From assembly GCA_036507075.1 (NCBI GenBank), contig DASXQR010000228.1:1-64000 (forward strand): DNA of 64,000 bases, in the 5' to 3' direction. Positions 56,904-64,000 of this stretch are shown piece by piece (positions within the stretch are counted from its first letter, which is position 1; each line of letters begins with the position of its first letter). Below the pieces are notes generated by a model that worked only from the letters and a program-made list of their open reading frames with translations, did no database searches and was not told where the DNA came from. This DNA comes from Acidobacteriota bacterium (GTDB lineage Bacteria > Acidobacteriota > UBA6911 > JACQSX01). The position numbers and the translations under genes were made by a program.

Positions 56904-57644
56904 ATGCGAAACGTCTTTTTCTGTTTCTGGATGTGTTTCCTGCTGGCATGCCACGGCGCCAACACCGATATTCCAGCAAAGGAAACCAGGACTCAAGTCC
57001 TCGAGGCTCCGCCCTCGGAATCCGGTTCCGATCGGCTGATTGTGGCCTTCGGCGACAGCCTGACAGCCGGCTCAGGGGTCCCGCAGGATCTGAGTTATCC
57101 CGCAGCACTACAGCGATTGCTCAAAGACCGCTCGCCATCCTGCCGCGTTATCAATGCGGGCATCGGCGGAGAAACATCCTCTGAAGCCTTGAGCCGACTT
57201 CAAAGCATCATCGAGATGAAACCGCGCATCGTGATTCTCGAGCTGGGAGCCAATGACGGACTGCGCGGTGTGCCGTTGGCGATGATCCGCAAGAACCTGG
57301 ATGCGATGATTACAAGACTTCAGACGGCGGGCATTCAAGTGGTGTTGGCGGGAATGCGCATCCCTCCCAACTATGGAACGGAGTATACGCAGGGCTTTCA
57401 CCAGATTTATGTCGACCTGGCCAGCGAGCACCATCTCGTCCTGATTCCATTTTTTCTCGAGAACGTAGCCGGAATACCGGAGTTGAATCTCGAGGACGGA
57501 ATTCACCCCACTCCCGAAGGTTATCGCATCATCGCAAAACAAGTGCTGCAGGTAATCGAGCCGCTGCTGGGATTATCTTCACCACAAAGACACAGCGCGG
57601 CAGAGCCGCAACCAAGAATAAGATGTTTCCGCTTGGCAGCGTGA
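56904..57644 (+). CDS. TesA-like SGNH/GDSL arylesterase (lipoprotein)
   Basis: LLAC lipobox, GDSLTAG, NAGIGGE, LGANDG, DGIHP; divergent from ybbA/ybbP-like genes as in E. coli. Confidence 0.93.
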   Translation: MRNVFFCFWMCFLLACHGANTDIPAKETRTQVLEAPPSESGSDRLIVAFGDSLTAGSGVPQDLSYPAALQRLLKDRSPSCRVINAGIGGETSSEALSRLQSIIEMKPRIVILELGANDGLRGVPLAMIRKNLDAMITRLQTAGIQVVLAGMRIPPNYGTEYTQGFHQIYVDLASEHHLVLIPFFLENVAGIPELNLEDGIHPTPEGYRIIAKQVLQVIEPLLGLSSPQRHSAAEPQPRIRCFRLAA

Positions 57645-57670
57645 TCGTCATATGCTGATGTGGAAAGTCA

Positions 57671-57765
57671 CATTCCTTCACCGCAGAGGCGCAGAAAACG
57701 CAGAGGTTGCGCAGAGACATGTAAACGAAACTCTGCGTCCTCTGCGCCTCTGCGGTGAAGGAATG
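57671..57765. repeat. palindrome with TTCACC-GCAGAG arms
   Basis: CATTCCTTCACCGCAGAGGCGCAGA...TCTGCGCCTCTGCGGTGAAGGAATG. Confidence 0.88.
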
Positions 57766-57813
57766 AACGTGCCAGACAAAACTTTGTTAAAAAAAGCGAG
57801 AAGTGGCCCCGAA

Positions 57814-59157
57814 TTACCGGCTGGCGGTTGATTCCGAAATCCCGAACACGTGGTGCTGGCCGCGAAGGATAATCATGCCTTCGGAAATCGCCGGAGTTGC
57901 CATGCAAACTTCGCCTACAGGATTGGTCGCTATCAGTTGGTATTCGGGTCCAGCCTTCACCACATGGACGTCTCCGTCCTCGCTCGCAAAATAAATCCTT
58001 CCGTCTGCGGCAACAGGGGAAGCGCTGTACGCGCCGCCCTGGCCAATGCGCTGCTGGTATACGCGCTCTCCGGTCTGCAGCTTGTAACAGGTCAAAATGC
58101 CGCTGTTGCCGCATACGTAAAGATAATCCCCATAGGCAAGCGGCGTCGGCATGTAGGGGCCGCCGCGCTTCTTGCTCCAGGCAATCGATTGGCTGGATTC
58201 TTGATTCTCTTTGAGAGAAATGTCTCCATTGCCTCCGGGTCGAATCGCATAAATCGGTTGGATGGGCGCGTAGCCATTCGCGATGAAAATCAAATCTTGA
58301 GCGATGATCGGGGTCGTAGCCGTGATTTCCGGGTTGGGCGTCAGCCTCCAGAGCTCTTTCCCCGTGGCCGGATCATAGCCGCGCACAAACTTGGTCGCAT
58401 TTGTGATCAGCTCAGAGCGTGTTTTACCTTCATAAACCGTAGGAGTTCCCCAGGAAGGAAGCTCTTCGCGCGACGTCCGCCAGACCTGCTTTCCATTCTT
58501 AATATCAAAAGCGGCGATGAAGGAATCCTTCTGGACATCGCACTGGACGATCACCAGATCCTTAAAAATAATCGGCGAGCTGGCTGTTCCCCACTGATAG
58601 TCGGGATCGTAAAACCATCCGCCGTCCAGAACCCCAAGGTCTTGCTGCCAAAGCAGCCCGCCGTCAAAGTTGTAGCAGTACAATCCCTCCGAGCCAAAAA
58701 AGGCGACAACGTGTTTCCCGTCAACAGCCGGAGTAGCTGACGAAAAACTCGACTTTGGGTGCCTCTTCGTCTTGGGGATTCCTTCGCGCGCTGTTTTCTC
58801 CCACAGGGTTTTTCCAGTTTTCTTATCCAGACAATACACCCGCCAGGAATGCCGTGACACGTCGCCGGCCGGCTTTACGTCTCCATAGAGTCCATGGCGA
58901 AACTCCGAATTCGGGTCGCTGCTGACTGCCGACGTGACAAATACGCGCTCGCCCCACACCACCGGGCTCGAATGCGCCAATCCGGGAATGGCGGTCTTCC
59001 ATCGGATGTTCAGTGACTTGCCTGCATCCCAGACTGCGGGCGGATTCTGGCCATCCGCCACGCCGGAGGCCTGCTTTCCCCGAAAAGAGGGCCAGTTCTG
59101 AGCATGGAGACCAACCGCGAGTGCGATACAGGTTATAAGCGAGATAATAGTTTTCAT
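57814..59157 (-). CDS. secreted PQQ-like (BamB-type) beta-propeller protein
   Basis: Signal peptide, NWPSFRG, W...PG..HSSP, repeated GK..W and TP motifs. Confidence 0.9.
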   Translation of the reverse strand: MKTIISLITCIALAVGLHAQNWPSFRGKQASGVADGQNPPAVWDAGKSLNIRWKTAIPGLAHSSPVVWGERVFVTSAVSSDPNSEFRHGLYGDVKPAGDVSRHSWRVYCLDKKTGKTLWEKTAREGIPKTKRHPKSSFSSATPAVDGKHVVAFFGSEGLYCYNFDGGLLWQQDLGVLDGGWFYDPDYQWGTASSPIIFKDLVIVQCDVQKDSFIAAFDIKNGKQVWRTSREELPSWGTPTVYEGKTRSELITNATKFVRGYDPATGKELWRLTPNPEITATTPIIAQDLIFIANGYAPIQPIYAIRPGGNGDISLKENQESSQSIAWSKKRGGPYMPTPLAYGDYLYVCGNSGILTCYKLQTGERVYQQRIGQGGAYSASPVAADGRIYFASEDGDVHVVKAGPEYQLIATNPVGEVCMATPAISEGMIILRGQHHVFGISESTASR

Positions 59158-59951
59158 TTTTCCACTTTTTGATAAACAGTGCTGTTGGTTCCTTGCTTTA
59201 CAACACATCCCACGACCTTTCCATTCTCCAGGTTGAAAGTCAGGCTGAGGCCGTCAAAAGCCGATGGCCGAAAAGTGACTTTATCCAGGGCTTCCAGTTC
59301 GAACGGCGCACCAAACCCGGCGAAGACAAGCTTTCCATCTTTTAACGAAAATGAGAGTTCGGTTCCCTGCTGGTTCCTGTAGGCGCCCGTGTACACCTTG
59401 AGAATTTCCGGGTCGAGCGAAATGGCCTCTGCCGGAGGAACGGCTCCCGCCTTTTTCAGCACTTCGATGACTTCGTTGCGCCCTCTCCTCCTGGCCGCGC
59501 TCCAGGCGGCCGTAAGTATCTCAGGCTTGATTCCGCCTTTGTCGACAATTGCCTGCACCACTTCTGTCAAGCCGGATGATGCGGCGTTCGACAGCACTGA
59601 AGCTCCATCAGCTCCCTTTTCCACCAGAGCGCGCGCAACTTCGGAATGGTCATTGGAAACGGCCCAGGAAAGCGGGGTGAACCGATAGAAAGTGTCTTTG
59701 ACGTTTGGATCGGCTCCGTGCTCAAGCAGAATTTTGACTACTTCCAAGTGTCCCCGGTCGCAGGCATAAGAAAGGGATGTTGCGCCGTAGCGTCCTTTGG
59801 CGTTAACGTCGGCTCCTTTGCTGAGCAGTTCACGCACAGCCGTGGCATCACCCTTTTTGGCGGCTGCCATGAGATCCGAATTCAGATCCTCAGCCACAAT
59901 TCCGGCCACTAAGAAAACGGTTATCAAAATGAGCATTGATATGGCGCGCAT
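59154..59951 (-). CDS. secreted ankyrin repeat protein
   Basis: GGAGG RBS, signal peptide, GADVNAK...T.L..A...GH.EVV..LL..GADPN; ATGA coupling to the downstream gene. Confidence 0.88.
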   Translation of the reverse strand: MRAISMLILITVFLVAGIVAEDLNSDLMAAAKKGDATAVRELLSKGADVNAKGRYGATSLSYACDRGHLEVVKILLEHGADPNVKDTFYRFTPLSWAVSNDHSEVARALVEKGADGASVLSNAASSGLTEVVQAIVDKGGIKPEILTAAWSAARRRGRNEVIEVLKKAGAVPPAEAISLDPEILKVYTGAYRNQQGTELSFSLKDGKLVFAGFGAPFELEALDKVTFRPSAFDGLSLTFNLENGKVVGCVVKQGTNSTVYQKVEK

Positions 59952-59971
59952 GATGGTTCCTCCGGTTGGGC

Positions 59972-60032
59972 CGGCCTGACATGGCCGCCCGAAGTGAACA
60001 CAGGCGGCAACACGGGCGTTCATGTCAGGCCG
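59972..60032. repeat. intergenic hairpin
   Basis: CGGCCTGACATG...CATGTCAGGCCG. Confidence 0.65.
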
Positions 60033-60049
60033 CCCCGCTCACCCCTGCG

Positions 60050-62551
60050 TCATTTTGATGACGCGATCATTTCCCCGCGTGGCCCGGCGTTTTTCACGTA
60101 CTTGTCCATCCAGTTGATCATCTCGGCCAGAGTGTGCAGAACCGACTCGCGCGCGGCGTAGCCATGGGCTTCATGCGGAAGCGTCACGTACCGCACCGTG
60201 GCGCCGTGGCCTTTGAGAGCCATGTAGAGCCGCTCGGATTGAATCGGGAACGTACCCGAGTTGTCGTCTGCCTCGCCGTGAATCAGCAGGATCGGCTCAT
60301 TGATCCTGTTTGCGTACCAGAACGGCGACATCCTGGCATAGATATCCGGCACTTCCCAGAACGTGCGCCGCTCGTTCTGGAATCCGAAAGGCGTGAGCGT
60401 GCGGTTGTAGGCGCCGCTGCGCGCGATGCCGGCGCGGAACAGGTCCGAGTGCGCAAGCAGGTTGGCCGTCATGAAAGCGCCATAGCTGTGGCCGCCGATC
60501 CCAATGTGATCGCGGTCCGCCACGCCCATCTCGACGACCTTATTGATCGCGGCCTCTGCGCTGGCGACAAGCTGTTCAACATAAGTATTGTTCGCCGTCT
60601 CGCCCGGTCCTACGATCGGCATGGTCGGATTATCGAAGATCGCGTAACCCTGGGTCAGCAGAAACAGATGGGACGTGCCGCCCACTCTGATGAACCGATA
60701 CGGCGATCCTGAGACCTGGCTTGCGTCGTTCACATCGGTGAACTCGCGCGGGTACGCCCACATCAACATCGGCAATCGCTCGCCCTTCTTGTAGCCAGGC
60801 GGGAGGTACAACGTACCGGATAGCTTCACGCCGTCTTTTCGCTGGTAAGTGACAAACTGCTTTTCGACTCCGGTGAGCTGAGGGCCAGGATCTTTGAACT
60901 GGGTAATGGGACGCTTGGTGCCGGCGGCAAGATCGCGCACGTAGTAGTTCGCCGGCTCCAACGGCGTCTCGTACTGCGTGAACAGTGCCCTGGCCTGGTC
61001 ATCCAGCGGCGCCACCACCGATTCGTATGTTTTTTCCGCAGAGCGGAAAAGACGGTCTGTCTTGAGCGTCTTGAGGTTGAGCCTGTCGAGGAAAGGCCGA
61101 TCGCCATCCGGTGAGGAACCCTGCCCGCTCAAGTAAATGTAATCACCATACTGCAGGATCAATCTTCCCCCACCAAAGGCTCCGCCGCCGAATCCTCCTC
61201 CACGCCCACCTCCGCCGCCGTCGCCGCCGCCGTCTCTCCTCACTACAGGTAAACCGGGGTTGCTATATGCGTCCTGTCGTTTGCGCTCCCAAAGCTTGCG
61301 CGGCTGGGTGCCCTCTTCAAGAATCCAGGTCCGGGTACGCCGCGTCGCGCGGTCAGATTCGCTGAGCAGCATGACGCCCTTCTCTGTATAGGAGAGGCTG
61401 TCGAATCGCCATTCCGTTTTGCCAACTTCGCCGGCCTCCGCGGAGAACGGCGCCGCGAGTGCGACGATCCTGTCGCGGAATGGCACGCTGTTTTTCGGAT
61501 TTCCTTCATCCAGGGCCGCCACCCAGGTGATTGTCGCCGGTTGATCCGGACGCCAGCGATGGCCGCGCGGCCCCGACGGTACGCCGTTGATCGGCGTGCC
61601 TTCGCTCGACGGCAGGTCGGCAAGTTTTTTGACAACCTCGCCGCGCCGGTTCCAGATCTCCACATCTTTGGGAAATCCGCTCATCGGTACCAGGCGCGAG
61701 AAGGGTCGTTTGATCCGGGATACCAGGATGTAATCGCCGCTCGGCGACGCCGCTGCATTCTCCAGGATTCCGGGACGGCCGATCAGCGTCTTGCGACCGG
61801 TGCCGCTGTCAATGGTCGCGAGCTGGCTGGTGAAGTAATATTCAAACAGGGTCTCGTCATGGTTGGTCTTGATCAGATCCTCGAAAGTCGGAGCGGGCGC
61901 AGCTTTGCCGTAGTTTTCCTGGATATTGGGACGCGACGGCACAATCGGCTCGGCGGGGGCCGGTCCGCGGCCGGACGGCACCAATTGGCATAGCAGCGTG
62001 ACACCGTCTTTCAGCCAGTCACAGGCATCGCCTGCCGTCGCGTTCAGCCGGTCGGTCCCGCTCACCAGATTCGATTGTCCCGTGGCAGTGTCGGCGACCC
62101 ACAGCTCGATGCCGTTTTCCCTTGTATGGGTAAAGGAAAGCCGCTCGCCGCCGGGGGAAAAGCTGATATCGCCGAGGTTCGGATTGGACGGGAGAGTGAC
62201 CTTCTTCTCCGTGCCGTCTACGATTGATTTCAGCGTGATGGCGGTGACTCCGCCTCCGCGCTGCTGCCGCCCGTTCGTTTTCGGATTGATACGCATGCCG
62301 GCGATGCGATGGATCGGCTGGGACAACTCGGCAATCGTCGGCATGCTGCGCCGGCCGAGCAGGGCGATCGTGCGACGGTTTGGCGCAACGATCACGCCCG
62401 GTGTGGGCGGCGTCGCCAGAATATCAACGATGACTTTTGGCGGCGTCAGGTAACCCGTGTCCGTGGCAGGCTGCCGGCGTGTCTGTCCGTATTGCGCTGC
62501 CGACCCGACGATGACGAGCACGGCGGCAAACGCGAGCCTTTTTGTCCGCAT
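60050..62551 (-). CDS. S9 family peptidase (glutamyl endopeptidase-like)
   Basis: GGHSYGAF nucleophile, ARSGAYNR, DDNSGT, EAHGY; signal peptide. Confidence 0.93.
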   Translation of the reverse strand: MRTKRLAFAAVLVIVGSAAQYGQTRRQPATDTGYLTPPKVIVDILATPPTPGVIVAPNRRTIALLGRRSMPTIAELSQPIHRIAGMRINPKTNGRQQRGGGVTAITLKSIVDGTEKKVTLPSNPNLGDISFSPGGERLSFTHTRENGIELWVADTATGQSNLVSGTDRLNATAGDACDWLKDGVTLLCQLVPSGRGPAPAEPIVPSRPNIQENYGKAAPAPTFEDLIKTNHDETLFEYYFTSQLATIDSGTGRKTLIGRPGILENAAASPSGDYILVSRIKRPFSRLVPMSGFPKDVEIWNRRGEVVKKLADLPSSEGTPINGVPSGPRGHRWRPDQPATITWVAALDEGNPKNSVPFRDRIVALAAPFSAEAGEVGKTEWRFDSLSYTEKGVMLLSESDRATRRTRTWILEEGTQPRKLWERKRQDAYSNPGLPVVRRDGGGDGGGGGRGGGFGGGAFGGGRLILQYGDYIYLSGQGSSPDGDRPFLDRLNLKTLKTDRLFRSAEKTYESVVAPLDDQARALFTQYETPLEPANYYVRDLAAGTKRPITQFKDPGPQLTGVEKQFVTYQRKDGVKLSGTLYLPPGYKKGERLPMLMWAYPREFTDVNDASQVSGSPYRFIRVGGTSHLFLLTQGYAIFDNPTMPIVGPGETANNTYVEQLVASAEAAINKVVEMGVADRDHIGIGGHSYGAFMTANLLAHSDLFRAGIARSGAYNRTLTPFGFQNERRTFWEVPDIYARMSPFWYANRINEPILLIHGEADDNSGTFPIQSERLYMALKGHGATVRYVTLPHEAHGYAARESVLHTLAEMINWMDKYVKNAGPRGEMIASSK

Positions 62552-62660
62552 GGCAAACCTCCTGCTTCAGTTGGGCTGTTCTCGGGAAAGTCATATTCTA
62601 GCAGCAGACGCGCATGTCTTGCGGCAGGAATTCTGCCTTTTCAGCCCGCCAGCAAGGACT

Positions 62661-62910
62661 TCACCACAGAGGCACAGCCCGGCCGTAGGCCGCAACCAAA
62701 AAGCCGTCCACGTTCGCGAGTACTTCCACGTCAACGACCACGTCTCAGGTCCACGAACACCACAAAATACAGACAGCCCCTCGATTCTGCGCAGTCTCTG
62801 ACCAACCGAGGGAAGTCGTAAACGTAATCGTGGACGTTGACGTGAACGTGCTCGTGAACGTGGACGGCTTTTTGGTTGCGGCCTACGGCCGGGTTGTGCC
62901 TCTGTGGTGA
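62661..62910. repeat. triple-nested palindrome: ACC-ACAGAG end > GCCGCAACCAAA module > hexamer array
   Basis: About 55-bp near-perfect terminal inverted repeats. Confidence 0.92.
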
Positions 62911-63009
62911 GTTCTTTTTCTCGATGCCAGTCAAACTAGAGCACTACCGGAATTTGATCTCGTTTGACACGCTAATCTATGATAGCGAACGGATCGAACC
63001 AAGAAGCGT

Positions 63010-63447
63010 ATGAATTCTGCGCGAGTAGAGACCCGCGTGCCTCAGCATTACCACGGCAAGCCGATCGTATTTTTTGACGGCGTATGCGGAATGTGTAATA
63101 CGTTCGTGAACTTGCTTCTCAGGGTTGACCGAAAAGAGAAGTTTCTTTTTGCTCCCCTTCAGGGCGGCACAGCTCGCGAGTTGCTTCCTCCGCTTTCGGC
63201 GAACCCTCAAGATTGGTCGATGATCTATCTCGATGAGAATGGCATTCACGATCAATCCGATGCATCGCTGGAGGTGTACCGCCGTCTCGGAGGTATTTGG
63301 TGGTTTCTCAGCCTCGCGCGCCACATTCCACGGGCGATTCGTACACCTCTTTATCGCATCATCGCGCGCAATCGGTATCGCTGGTTCGGACGGAGGGATC
63401 AGTGCCGGGTTCCGACCGCGCGTGAAAAGGCGCGTTTTCTTCCTTAG
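63010..63447 (+). CDS. DCC1-like thiol-disulfide oxidoreductase (DUF393)
   Basis: FDGVCGMCN, FAPLQ, Y..IARNRYRWFG...C. Confidence 0.93.
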   Translation: MNSARVETRVPQHYHGKPIVFFDGVCGMCNTFVNLLLRVDRKEKFLFAPLQGGTARELLPPLSANPQDWSMIYLDENGIHDQSDASLEVYRRLGGIWWFLSLARHIPRAIRTPLYRIIARNRYRWFGRRDQCRVPTAREKARFLP

Positions 63448-63528
63448 TTCTCGCCGGATGGGGCAGCCGACAGAGCTGCTGCTAGAATGGTCTCAAGGAT
63501 GTCTGCGTTTGATTAAGTGGAGAAGCAT

Positions 63529-64000
63529 ATGTCAATAAGCCAGGCGCTACTGCCCGAGTTTGACCACGAGATGGTTAACACACGTAAGACTCTGGAACGA
63601 GTTCCGGATGACAGGTTGAGTTGGAAGCCTCATCAGAAATCGTTTTCATTAGGAGATCTGGCAACCCATCTCGCCAATCTTCCAAACTGGGCGTTGATCA
63701 CGATCAAGGAGGACTCATTTGATGTGGCTCCGCAAGGCCGGCCTGTTCGAGCTTCGCCAGCGAATTCGCGGAAAGAGATGCTTGTGATTTTCGACAAGAA
63801 TATCACGGCTGCACGCGCGGCAATCGCCGGGGCAAGCGATGAGCACCTACTCAAGCCCTGGTCGCTTTTGTCCGGGGGAAAAACGGTCCTTACACTGCCT
63901 CGAGTCGCGGTGTTGCGTAGTTCTGTGATGAACCATATCATCCACCATCGCGCGCAGCTCGGCGTTTACCTGCGTCTCAACGACATTGCGGTTCCCGCAA
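63529..64000 (+). CDS. DinB family protein (truncated at window end)
   Basis: MSISQALLPEFDHE...TR..LERVP...WKPH.KS..LG.LA.H...NH.IHHRAQLGVYLR. Confidence 0.9.
   Translation, partial: MSISQALLPEFDHEMVNTRKTLERVPDDRLSWKPHQKSFSLGDLATHLANLPNWALITIKEDSFDVAPQGRPVRASPANSRKEMLVIFDKNITAARAAIAGASDEHLLKPWSLLSGGKTVLTLPRVAVLRSSVMNHIIHHRAQLGVYLRLNDIAVPA

Noticed and set aside
61166..61232. Gly-rich insert in the S9 peptidase
   Set aside because: An in-frame low-complexity loop unrelated to the intergenic repeat families; no evidence of function.

Overview
64 kb of a roughly 57% GC diderm bacterial chromosome. The gene content (LPS heptose genes, many secreted propeller/TPR/PDZ proteins) suggests Acidobacteriota, which is an inference. 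It holds about 58 CDS, mostly housekeeping or envelope genes: Fur-box feoAB; a DGQHR-domain gene followed by hemE-hemH-hemY; a TMTC-like GT-C; a peptide ABC transporter without its ATPase; lexA; an ECF sigma/anti-sigma/PPIase/PDZ locus; a split methylmalonyl-CoA mutase; a moxR-DUF58-transglutaminase-rimO-yacG-pgpA-cinA-thpR-plsY-trm112-GT9-heptose kinase run; a divergent selenoneine-type senA/senB pair with a VOC gene; a split MprF; ybbAP/tesA-like genes; and an S9 peptidase. I found no rRNA, tRNA, CRISPR array, transposase or phage genes. The most striking feature is non-coding. Most intergenic gaps (about 30-35 loci) contain palindromic elements whose arms are 4-9 nt tandem repeats. These are often nested inside one another, some internal cores are shared between dispersed copies, and several supply start codons, stop codons, C-terminal tails or even a signal peptide to neighbouring genes. 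Product calls come from motif recognition only; no database searches were run.
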